A DNA stretch of 34,358 nt. Origin: an uncultured Methanosarcinales archaeon (GTDB lineage Archaea > Nanobdellota > Nanobdellia > Woesearchaeales > JABMPP01). A model generated the notes under the pieces. The model saw only the letters and a list, made by a program, of their open reading frames with translations. It was not told the DNA's origin and ran no database searches. Numbering within the stretch: position 1 is the first letter of the stretch; the number at the start of each line of letters is the position of its first letter. The stretch lies in assembly GCA_964604995.1 (NCBI GenBank), contig CAZSAD010000016.1:1-34358 (forward strand). The letters are read 5' to 3'. Positions 9,848-19,422 of this stretch are shown one piece after another. Made by a program: the position numbers and the translations under genes.

Positions 9848-10075
9848 TTACTTCTTCCTAGCCATCTTGGCCATTGAAACGCTGCCCTTTTTGTCAACGT
9901 AGTAGAGATAACCTTCTTTTCTTTTAATGCCGCATTTGTGCATTACTTCGGTCTTTTTCTTATATGGTTTGCCTGCTCTTTTCATATTAACTCTTGAGGC
10001 ATTACCGCTTTTGTCAACGTAGTAAAGCCAACCTGGCTCTCTCTTAATTCCGCATTTACAGACTAATTCTCCCAT
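9848..10075 (-). CDS. Small basic protein (75 aa) built from two about 40-aa internal repeats
   Basis: KCGIKREPGWLYYVDKSG and KCGIKRKEGYLYYVDKKG; AGGTGA SD at 10081-10086; DNA repeat period 120 bp. Confidence 0.88.
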   Translation of the reverse strand: MGELVCKCGIKREPGWLYYVDKSGNASRVNMKRAGKPYKKKTEVMHKCGIKRKEGYLYYVDKKGSVSMAKMARKK

Positions 10076-10403
10076 TTAATCACCTTTTAGGTTTTTTATA
10101 TTTGATATTTGTAGACGAAACACAGTAAGTTCTTATTTAAATATATTTCGGTTTTACGAGAGGAAAATAGGCTACCAGTAGGTTTTTCGAGGGTAAAACT
10201 AAAGAAAAATGATACTTTTTGTGTTATTTTTTTAATAAAATCATAAAGTTACTGAGGAAAGCACTTAATTGCAAATTTTAATAATTAGGGAGGGGGTAAT
10301 CTATATGGTATATAAAAAATAAAAGAATTAAATTAAAGATAACAAAAATCACAAGATAAACAAAATCAAAAATACTCTTAAAAAATTAAAAAATAATTTT
10401 TAA

Positions 10404-11003
10404 TTAAAAGAATAAATCTTCTTTTGAAAATCTAATTTTTGGTTTTTGCTTATCTGCACCATAACCAATTGGACAAACAAGAGTTGGAATTAAATTTTCT
10501 GGCAGATTTAAAATTTTAGCATATTCAGCAGAATTGAAGCCTTCCATTGGACATGAATCTAATTCTAATGATTTAGCACCATTTAATGCATTTGCCAAAG
10601 CCAAGTAGCATTGTTTTTGTGTCCATATAATTTGTTGCTCTTTTGTTAAATTATTTTTAAATCCAATCATCCAATTAGCATATCCTTCTGCTTTTTCTTT
10701 TGGTGTGCCTAATTCAAGCATCATTTTTTTATATTCTTCAATTCTCTTATCAATATCTGTATAAGCACAAAACACAAGCAAATGACTGCATGTTGTTATT
10801 TGTACCTGGTTATTAGATGCTACCAGAAGATCTTCTTTTGTTTTCTTATCGCTAATTACTTTTATCTGGTAAGGTTGCAATCCGAATGATGAAGCTGACA
10901 TTCTTATCATCTCATATAATTTATCCATTGTTTTTTCATCAACTATTTTACCATCAAACTTTTTAGTAGCATATCTTTTTTTTGTTATTTCATAAAAATC
11001 CAT
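10404..11003 (-). CDS. Nitroreductase family NAD(P)H-dependent oxidoreductase
   Basis: RYATKKFD, SASSFGLQP, LDSCPMEGF; start moved to ATG 11003, after an AGGTGA SD. Confidence 0.93.
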   Translation of the reverse strand: MDFYEITKKRYATKKFDGKIVDEKTMDKLYEMIRMSASSFGLQPYQIKVISDKKTKEDLLVASNNQVQITTCSHLLVFCAYTDIDKRIEEYKKMMLELGTPKEKAEGYANWMIGFKNNLTKEQQIIWTQKQCYLALANALNGAKSLELDSCPMEGFNSAEYAKILNLPENLIPTLVCPIGYGADKQKPKIRFSKEDLFF

Positions 11004-11223
11004 TAAAATCACCTAATATATAATACTCTATAAGCTATTTATAGCTACTGTTTAACCATTAAAGGAAGATGAGTTAAGAGGCATTATCCATTTTTTTTAT
11101 CTATAAATTCATATAGGTACTTTCCACTGGACAAATACGGTAGCAATGCTTTTTAAGTCAAAATATCTCCTTTACGAAATGAAGCATTATTAATTGCATA
11201 AATCATATTTTAAGAGGTAAATT

Positions 11224-13227
11224 ATGAAATTTAAATTAGTTGCACCATACAAAGCGTCTCCTGGACAAGAAACTGCAATATCTCAAATTGCAAAAGGATT
11301 TTCCAATAATGTAAAAAAGACACTTCTTGGAATAACCGGTAGTGGAAAAACTTTTGTTATGGCAAATATCATTGAAAAATTACAAAAACCAACATTAATT
11401 ATTGCACATAATAAGACACTTGCAGCTCAGCTCTATACGGAATTCAAAGAGCTTTTTCCAAACAATAGAGTTGAATATTTTATTTCTTATTATGATTATT
11501 ATCAGCCTGAATCTTATTTGCCAACAACAGATACCTACATAGAAAAAGATGCAAGCATTAATATTCAAATAGAAAAAATGAGGCTTCATGCAGTATCTAG
11601 CCTTGTTAGCAGGAATGATACAATTGTAGTTGCAAGTATTAGTTGCATTTACGGACTTGGAAATCCTGATGATTACCAAAACTTATCCTTAAATTTGGAA
11701 AAGGGTTTGAAAATTACAAGGCAATCAATAATAAATTCTTTAATTTCAATGCAATATGAAAGAAACGACCAATTTTTAGAGCCTGGAAAATTTAGAATTA
11801 GAGGAGATACTATTGATATAATCCCTTCTTATGAAAATGATATTTTTAGAGTTGAATTAGATGGCAATAAAATAAAAAATGTTAAAGAGATTGATGCATT
11901 AACTGGAAATTTGAAAATAGAAATTGACCATGTTACAATTTATCCAGCAAGGCAATATGTTGTTCCAGAAGAAAAACAAAAATTAGCTCTTAGTAAAATT
12001 AGAGACGAACTTGATTCACATTTGCCAAATTTACCTCCACTTGAAGCTCAAAGATTAAAACAGAGAGTAAATTATGATTTGGAAATGATTGAAGAGATGG
12101 GCTATTGTACAGGAATTGAAAATTACAGTAGGCATTTTGATGGAAGAAAAATTGGCGAGCCACCATTTGTACTAGTTGATTATTTTCCAAAAGATTTCTT
12201 GCTTATAATTGATGAAAGCCATCAGACAATTCCTCAAAGTAGGGCAATGTATAAAGGAGACTTTGCAAGGAAAAAAAATCTTGTTGATTTTGGATTTAGA
12301 CTTCCTTGTTCATTTGATAATAGGCCTTTAAAATTTGAAGAATTTGAAGCAAAAATGCCAACTACTCTTTTTGTTTCAGCAACTCCATCTGAATACGAAT
12401 TAAAAAAAAGTGTAGATAAAGTTGAATTAATAACAAGGCCAACTGGGCTACTTGATCCAGAAGTTGAAATTCATCCAATTGAAGGACAAATAAAACATTT
12501 GATGGAGCAGGCACAGAAAAGAATTTCTAGTGGGGAAAGAGTGCTTGTTACAACACTTACCAAAAGAATGGCAGAAGACTTATCTAATTTTTTAGCAAAA
12601 GAAGGATTCAAAGTAAGGTACATGCACAGTGATATTGAAAGTCTAGAAAGAATAGAATTAATTAGGCAATTTAGAATTGGCGAATTTGATATTCTTGTTG
12701 GCATTAATCTTTTGCGAGAAGGATTGGATTTACCTGAAGTTAGTTTAATTGGGATACTTGATGCAGATAAAGAAGGATTTTTGCGAGATGAAAGAAGTTT
12801 AATACAAACAATTGGAAGAGCAGCTAGAAATGTGCATGGCAAAGTAATACTCTATGCAGATGTTATGACTAATTCAATTAAAAATGCAGTAAAAATAACA
12901 AATTATCGCAGAGCCTACCAGATTGCATACAATAAAAAATATAAAATTGAGCCAAAAACAATCATAAAAAAAGTTGAACAGAAAAAAAGTTCTATTAAAG
13001 GAATAAAACATTTACCAAAAGTAGAAATCGAAAAACAGTTAATTGAACTTGATGCGCAAATGAGGCTTTGCGCTGAAAAGCTCGAGTTTGAAAAAGCAAT
13101 TGAATTACGAGATAGGCTAGAAGGATTAAAAAAAGCATTGGAGAGTTCAACATCATATTCAAATAGGTCAAAAATATCAAAAATAAACAAGGATGATAAA
13201 AAATCCATAAAATTCGAGAATAAATAA
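11224..13227 (+). CDS. uvrB: Excinuclease ABC subunit B
   Basis: LLGITGSGKT, YYDYYQPESY, IIDESH, GINLLREGLDLPEV, QTIGRAARN, C-terminal UVR domain. Confidence 0.98.
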   Translation: MKFKLVAPYKASPGQETAISQIAKGFSNNVKKTLLGITGSGKTFVMANIIEKLQKPTLIIAHNKTLAAQLYTEFKELFPNNRVEYFISYYDYYQPESYLPTTDTYIEKDASINIQIEKMRLHAVSSLVSRNDTIVVASISCIYGLGNPDDYQNLSLNLEKGLKITRQSIINSLISMQYERNDQFLEPGKFRIRGDTIDIIPSYENDIFRVELDGNKIKNVKEIDALTGNLKIEIDHVTIYPARQYVVPEEKQKLALSKIRDELDSHLPNLPPLEAQRLKQRVNYDLEMIEEMGYCTGIENYSRHFDGRKIGEPPFVLVDYFPKDFLLIIDESHQTIPQSRAMYKGDFARKKNLVDFGFRLPCSFDNRPLKFEEFEAKMPTTLFVSATPSEYELKKSVDKVELITRPTGLLDPEVEIHPIEGQIKHLMEQAQKRISSGERVLVTTLTKRMAEDLSNFLAKEGFKVRYMHSDIESLERIELIRQFRIGEFDILVGINLLREGLDLPEVSLIGILDADKEGFLRDERSLIQTIGRAARNVHGKVILYADVMTNSIKNAVKITNYRRAYQIAYNKKYKIEPKTIIKKVEQKKSSIKGIKHLPKVEIEKQLIELDAQMRLCAEKLEFEKAIELRDRLEGLKKALESSTSYSNRSKISKINKDDKKSIKFENK

Positions 13228-13252
13228 CAATAAATAATTGGGTGTAAAATAA

Positions 13253-16179
13253 ATGCGAGATAATATTTTTGTAAAAGGAGCAAGGGAACATAATTTAAAA
13301 AACATAGATGTAGAATTACCTAGAAACAAATTAATTGTTATAACTGGTCTTTCAGGTTCAGGCAAATCAACACTTGCTTTTGATACAATTTATGCTGAAG
13401 GTCAAAGAAGATATGTTGAAAGCTTATCAGCATACGCAAGACAATTTTTGGGATTGATGGATAAACCAGATGTTGATAGTATTGATGGTTTATCTCCTGC
13501 AATAAGTATAGAACAAAAAACAACAAGTAAAAATCCAAGATCTACAGTTGGAACTGTAACTGAAATATATGATTATCTTAGATTACTTTTTGCAAGAGTA
13601 GGAACACACCATTGTCCTAAATGCAAAAGTTCAATAAAACCACAAAGTGCTGAAAATATTTCTAGTTTAATAATATCAGATAAAGGAAAAACTTTGACAT
13701 TTCTAGCACCAATTATTAGGGGACAAAAAGGCACACATGAACAAATTTTTGAAGATTTAAAAAAACAAGGTTTTACAAAAATAAGAGTTGATCAAAAAAT
13801 ATACAACTCAGATACAATTTTAGATGAAGTAAAACTTGTCAGATATGAAAAACATTGGATTGAAGCTGTTGTTGATACTATAAAAATTGATNNNNNNNNN
13901 NAAGATCAAGAATTGCTGAAGCAGTTGAACAAGCACTCATTGTTGGCAAAGGAAGAATGGTTGTCATTGAACAAAATTCTAATCAAACCTTTAGTAAACT
14001 CTCCAGTCAAAATTTTAATTATCAAAAAATTAAAGAAAAAAATAACAAAGAAAAATTAAAAGAATTGGATAGAGCAATTGATGAAACTGTTTATAGCACA
14101 TTTGGTGCATGTTTGAATCATCCTGAAATTGTTTTTGAAAGTTTGGAACCTAGAATGTTTTCTTTTAATAGCCCATATGGCGCATGCAAAAGTTGCCATG
14201 GTCTTGGAGAAATAATGCAAATCTCTCCAAGTTTAGTAATCCCTGACAAAACAAAATCCATTATGGATGGTGCACTTGCAATTTATGGAAAAATTGAGCT
14301 CGGTTGGAGAGCACAGCAAATTTCAATTGCAGGTAAAAAATATGGATTTGATGTTTGGATGCCAATTGATAAATTCTCAAAAAAACAACTTGATGTTTTG
14401 CTTTATGGAACAGATGAGCCACTTAGTGGAAAATGGCATACTGGAGATACCATGCGAATGGAAAAAGGCTTTGAAGGAATAATCCCTCAGACAATGAGAC
14501 TTTATAAACAAACAGAAAGTGAATGGAGAAAAGAGGACATTGAAAAATTTATGACAGCTGAGCCATGTAAAGAATGCATGGGCAAAAGATTGCAACCTGT
14601 TGTTTTGGCAGTTAATATTGACGGAAAAAGTATAATTGATTTAACTGATTTAGCAATAGATACAGCAGTTGAATTTTTTGCAAAACTTTCGGGTAAACTT
14701 TCTGAAAAAGATAATATCATTGCAAAACAAGTTTTAAAAGAAATCAATGAAAGATTGGGATTTTTAAAAAATGTTGGTTTGGGTTATCTTTCACTTTCAA
14801 GAGCTGCAAGAACACTTTCAGGTGGAGAAGCGCAAAGAATCAGACTTGCAACACAAATTGGTAGCAATCTTATGGGCGTTTTGTATATCTTAGATGAACC
14901 AAGTATTGGTTTGCATCAAAGAGATAATGAAAAACTTATAAATACACTTCATAAACTTCGAGATTTAGGAAATACTTTAATTGTTGTTGAACACGATGAA
15001 GATACAATAAGAAATGCAGATTACATTGTTGATATGGGACCTGGCGCAGGTATTCATGGTGGACATATTATCGCACAAGGTCTAATTAACGATATTCTTA
15101 AAAGCAAAAAAAGTTTAACTGGGAGATATTTATCTGGTGAGCTTTCAATTGAAACGCCGAAGGCAAGAAGAAAACCAATTGATTTTATTAAAATAACTGG
15201 AGCAAACGAAAACAATTTAAAAAAATTAGATGTTAATTTACCTTTGGGTGTTTTGTGTGGAATAACTGGTGTTTCTGGTTCTGGCAAAAGTACACTTATG
15301 AATCAAACTATAATGCCTCTTTTAAAAAAACATTTTGATTTACAAGTTGATAAAATTGGAGTGCATAAATCAATTTCTATTCCTAAAATTATTCAAAATG
15401 TAGTGGTAATAGACCAAGATCCAATTGGAAGAACTCCAAGAAGCAATCCAGCTACTTATACTAAACTATTTGATGAGATAAGAAAATTATTTGCAACAAC
15501 AAAAGATGCAAGAGCTCGTGGTTACAAGGAAGGAAGATTCTCATTTAATGTGAAAGGCGGAAGGTGCGAGACTTGTCAGGGAGATGGAGTTCTTAAAATT
15601 GAAATGAATTTTTTGCCAGATGTTTATGTGCAATGCAGTGATTGCAAAGGCAAACGTTACAATAAAGAAACACTTAGTATTCTTTACAAAGGAAAAAATA
15701 TTTCTGAAGTTTTGGATATGGAAGTTGAAGAAGCTACTAAATTTTTCCAGAATGTTCCAAAAATATCAAGAAAACTTGAAACATTAATGGATGTGGGTTT
15801 AGGTTATATCAAATTAGGACAAAGCTCAACAACACTTTCTGGTGGAGAAAGTCAAAGAATAAAAATTACAAGAGAACTTAGCAAAAATAAACATGGACAT
15901 ACTGTTTATATGTTAGATGAACCAACAACAGGTTTGCATTTTGATGATACTAAAAGATTGATAAAAGTTTTGAATAGACTTGTTGAAAAAGGAAACACTG
16001 TTTTTATTATTGAACATAATTTAGATGTTGTAAAAAGTTGTGATTATCTTTTGGATTTAGGTCCTGAAGGAGGCAATGCAGGTGGGGAACTAATTGCAAT
16101 TGGAACTCCTGAGGAAATTGTAAAAATTCAAAAATCATATACTGGCAAATTCTTAAAAAGAATGCTTGCAAATAAATAA
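13253..16179 (+). CDS. uvrA: Excinuclease ABC subunit A (one gene; apparent frameshift at the 10-N gap 13892-13901)
   Basis: [41 protein letters not shown]; UvrA-like sequence [12 protein letters not shown] resumes right after the gap in the downstream frame. Confidence 0.96.
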
Positions 16180-16233
16180 TTTAAACTAATAACTAATTCA
16201 ATTAAATTTGAGGTATATTAAATTTGGTGTAAA

Positions 16234-17844
16234 ATGATTCAAATATCAAAATCTAACCCATTCAATAGTTTAAACTTACCACATGAACCCGGAGTTTATT
16301 TATTCAAGGATGAAAAAGAAAATATAATTTATGTTGGTAAAGCAAAAATTCTACGAAGCAGAGTTAAAAGTTATTTTTCAAATGCAATTAATCATTCAAT
16401 TAAAACTTTACAGCTTGTAAAAAAAATAGTATTTATTGATTGGATTATAGTTGATAATGAAGTTGAAGCTTTACTCTTGGAAAACAAGTTAATAAAACAG
16501 CATACCCCTAAATATAATATCAATCTTAAAGATTCTAAAACTTTTGCATATATTGCGATAACAAAAGAGCAGTTTCCAAGAATTTTAACAGCAAGAAAAT
16601 TAAACAATAAATTAGAAGCATTTGGCCCTTATACTGATGGTACATTAAGATTTGAACTTCAAAGACTTGTTGTAAAAGTTTTCAAACTTCGAACTTGTAA
16701 AACAATGCCAAAACGTGCTTGCTTGAATTTTCATATGGGACTTTGTAGTGCACCTTGCATTAAAAATGTAACTTTTGAAGAATATAACTTACAAGTTCAA
16801 AAAGCTCGTTTGTTTTTGAATGGAAATACAAATACCACATTGATTAATCTTAATAATGATATGCAAAATTGTTCTAAAGAGCTTAAATTTGAAAGAGCAT
16901 TAGAAATTAAAAATCAAATAAGTAGTATAAATCTGCTTATGGAAAAACAAAAAGTTGACACTGACAAAAGATTTGATCAAGATGTTATTGCTTTTAGAAG
17001 GCATGGGAATGAACTAATTATTATAAGTATGGGGGTTCGTAAGGGAGTGTTACTTAGTAAAAAGGAATTTAAAGTTGATTATTTAGAAAATGTGGAACAA
17101 GAATTCTTAAAAGCATTTTATACAACAAACCCAATTCCAAAAATGATTTTACTAAATAAATCGTGCTGGCAAGATGATCTTGAACGTATTGCTCTTGAAA
17201 AATTCTTTTCTAGAACTAAAGGATACTTAGTTGAAATAATTGTTCCTCAAAGAGGGGATAACTTGTCTTTAGTTAAATTAGCTGAAAAAAATATTGAGTT
17301 AAATCTTAGTGAAGATAGTGCTTTGTTGGATTTACAAACTGAATTAAATTTATCTACACTTCCAAGAATTATTGAATGTTTTGATATTTCTAATCTTGGA
17401 TCAGAGCATATAGTTTCTGGAATGACTCGTTTTGTTGATATGAAACCTGATAAAAAAGGATATCGTAAATTTAAAATGAGAACTGTTACTATGCAAGATG
17501 ATTTTGCAAGTATGTATGAAACAATTACAAGAAGATATAAAAGATTGTCTGATGAAAATTTACAAATGCCAGATTTAATTGTGGTAGATGGTGGAATGGG
17601 TCAAGTCAATGCAGCAATGAATGCTCTAAAAGAATTAGGTTTGCAACTGCCTTTAATAGGACTTGCTAAAAAACTCGAAGAAATTTATGTACCAGGTAAT
17701 GGGACTTCTTTATTATTTAATAAAAATTCAAGAATGATGCTTCTTTTGAGAAAAATAAGAGATGCAACACATGATTTCGCAATCGGATACAATAAAAAAA
17801 GAAGACAGATGAAATTAAGGGATGAATTTAAAAGCATAAACTAA
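16234..17844 (+). CDS. uvrC: Excinuclease ABC subunit C
   Basis: PGVYLFKD..IYVGKAK GIY-YIG domain, EALLLE, IECFDISN, PDLIVVDGGMGQ. Confidence 0.97.
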   Translation: MIQISKSNPFNSLNLPHEPGVYLFKDEKENIIYVGKAKILRSRVKSYFSNAINHSIKTLQLVKKIVFIDWIIVDNEVEALLLENKLIKQHTPKYNINLKDSKTFAYIAITKEQFPRILTARKLNNKLEAFGPYTDGTLRFELQRLVVKVFKLRTCKTMPKRACLNFHMGLCSAPCIKNVTFEEYNLQVQKARLFLNGNTNTTLINLNNDMQNCSKELKFERALEIKNQISSINLLMEKQKVDTDKRFDQDVIAFRRHGNELIIISMGVRKGVLLSKKEFKVDYLENVEQEFLKAFYTTNPIPKMILLNKSCWQDDLERIALEKFFSRTKGYLVEIIVPQRGDNLSLVKLAEKNIELNLSEDSALLDLQTELNLSTLPRIIECFDISNLGSEHIVSGMTRFVDMKPDKKGYRKFKMRTVTMQDDFASMYETITRRYKRLSDENLQMPDLIVVDGGMGQVNAAMNALKELGLQLPLIGLAKKLEEIYVPGNGTSLLFNKNSRMMLLLRKIRDATHDFAIGYNKKRRQMKLRDEFKSIN

Positions 17845-17895
17845 AAAATATTAATTATTAAAAAATAAAAGCTATCTTATTATTTATTCAATTAT

Positions 17896-18213
17896 ATCTA
17901 AGAAACCCTATTCACTTCTAAGAGCTGACCTCAGTTCGCACGCAAGCTGGTACGACATTCGCNNNNNNNNNNNNNNNNNNNNNNNNNNNNNNNNNNNNNN
18001 NNNNNNNNNNNNNNNNNNNNNNNNNNNNNNNNNNNNNNNNNNNNNNNNNNNNNNNNNNNNNNTTTTGCTCAGTCGTACAAACTACAATAAAATCTAAGAA
18101 ACCCTATTCACTTCTAAGAGCTGACCTCAGCTCGCACGTAAGCTGGTACGACATTCGCTTTTGCTCAGTCGTACAAACTACAATAAAATCTAAGAAACCC
18201 TATTCACTTCTAA
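17896..18213. repeat. Tandem array, 96-bp unit = 3' end of the Zn-finger gene + two-hairpin core + AT-rich tail; interrupted by a 100-N gap
   Basis: ATCTAAGAAACCCTATTCACTTCTAA at 17896-17921, 18092-18117 and 18188-18213; core starts at 17922 and 18118; TTTTGCTC recurs at 18063 and 18159 (period 96). Confidence 0.93.
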
Positions 18214-18441
18214 TATCTTTTTTAAGTTTATATTTCCACAATTTATACAAACTGCAAATGCTCCAAACTTCCCAGTTCTAATATCAATATAATCCCCGCA
18301 TAAACATTTAAGATTCGTAAGTAGTTTATCTTTATGTGCAAGACATACAGCAACTCCTTGTTCATTTATTGCTAAAGATTGCCTTTCGCAAAAAGGGCAA
18401 GGTTCGCTTTTGCTTTGACCATATCTTTTTGGGATGTACAT
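18190..18441 (-). CDS. Small Cys-rich zinc-binding protein (83 aa)
   Basis: CPFC, CLAH, CLC, CINC; IRTGKFGAFAVC resembles topoisomerase C4 zinc ribbons. Confidence 0.85.
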   Translation of the reverse strand: MYIPKRYGQSKSEPCPFCERQSLAINEQGVAVCLAHKDKLLTNLKCLCGDYIDIRTGKFGAFAVCINCGNINLKKILEVNRVS

Positions 18442-18532
18442 ATGTTGAAGCTTTCTTCAACTCTTTATATGTTTTTTGTATGGTGTAAATTTGTATGACA
18501 TATATCAATCTAATTTTTGATTTTATTCTTTA

Positions 18533-19093
18533 TTATTTTATCAAATGAGAAATCAATGTTTTTAGACCAATTCCTATCAGAACTAACCCCCCAATAATCT
18601 CGGCATATCGAAATTTCATTTCATATATTTTTTCCCCTATTAAAAGACCAATTGATGTTATTAACAGTGCAAAAAAACCAATTATTAATGCGGGAGCTAA
18701 TATTGTTGTTTCGCTAAATCCAAATGTTACTCCAATAATTAACGCATCAATACTTACAGCTAAAGAAAGTAATAATAATTCAGTTTCATTTTTGAAATGA
18801 ACTTCTTTTTTTTGTCCTGATTTTTTGAAGAATCCAACTATCATCTTAATACCAATATAAGATAATAATACAAAAGCTATCCAATGGTCATAATTTGTTA
18901 TAATCGTGTCAAAATATTTTCCAATGTAAAATCCAATTATTGGCATAATAACATGGAATGCACCAAAATGTCCACTTACCAAAAAATAATCTGAAAATTT
19001 AACTTTTCTAATTGCACTTATACAAACTGCTATTGCAAAACAGTCCATAGCTAAACTTGCACCAATAAGTGAGGTAGTTAATAAGTTCATCAT
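18533..19093 (-). CDS. mntP: Manganese efflux pump MntP family
   Basis: SLAMDCFAIAV, YDHWIAFVLL, LAVSIDAL, AEIIGGLVLIGIG. Confidence 0.92.
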   Translation of the reverse strand: MMNLLTTSLIGASLAMDCFAIAVCISAIRKVKFSDYFLVSGHFGAFHVIMPIIGFYIGKYFDTIITNYDHWIAFVLLSYIGIKMIVGFFKKSGQKKEVHFKNETELLLLSLAVSIDALIIGVTFGFSETTILAPALIIGFFALLITSIGLLIGEKIYEMKFRYAEIIGGLVLIGIGLKTLISHLIK

Positions 19094-19159
19094 CTTAAAA
19101 TTTCAAGAATGATATATAAGCTTTTTGATTGTTTAATGCTTTACTTAAATTATCAATCT

Positions 19160-19192
19160 TCTCAACTCATATTTACTCTCAACTCATATTTA
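19160..19192. repeat. 16-bp direct repeat (period 17) between the mntP and cysteine-operon promoters
   Basis: TCTCAACTCATATTTA at 19160-19175 and 19177-19192. Confidence 0.85.
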
Positions 19193-19202
19193 TTTGAATT
19201 AA

Positions 19203-19220
19203 TTTAAATAAATTTAAATA
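19203..19220 (+). promoter_or_regulatory. Putative archaeal TATA box(es) for the cysteine leader transcript
   Basis: TTTAAATA at 19203-19210 and 19213-19220; the second starts 30 nt before ATG 19243, spacing typical of a leaderless mRNA. Confidence 0.55.
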
Positions 19221-19242
19221 CTAGTGTGCCTAATCTATTTTT

Positions 19243-19296
19243 ATGGTACAACTTAAAATAAATAAAATTAATTTAACATGTTGCTGTTTCTGTTAA
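19243..19296 (+). CDS. Putative polycysteine leader peptide MVQLKINKINLTCCCFC
   Basis: ATG GTA ... ACA TGT TGC TGT TTC TGT TAA; 4 Cys in the last 5 codons, directly upstream of cysteine-synthesis genes. Confidence 0.75.
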   Translation: MVQLKINKINLTCCCFC

Positions 19297-19389
19297 TAGT
19301 TATACCACTTTAATCTAACATTATTTAAGATTTAAATTATCTAAACCACATTTTTTATTTTAATATAATAACTATCTGGAGGTCATAAA

Positions 19390-19422
19390 ATGAGCACACA
19401 ATGTGTTGATTATCGGTGTTGA
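19390..19422 (+). CDS. SD-led short ORF MSTQCVDYRC overlapping the cystathionine beta-synthase start out of frame
   Basis: GGAGGT at 19378-19383, ATG at 19390, ends CGG TGT TGA at 19414-19422. Confidence 0.55.
   Translation: MSTQCVDYRC

Noticed and set aside
13892..13957. uvrA split into two ORFs (pseudogene or programmed frameshift)
   Set aside because: The frame change coincides with a 10-N placeholder gap and UvrA-like sequence continues on both sides; assembly artefact.
19094..19200. yybP-ykoY manganese riboswitch upstream of mntP
   Set aside because: The region is AT-rich with no recognisable structure, and a TATA-like box lies close to the start.
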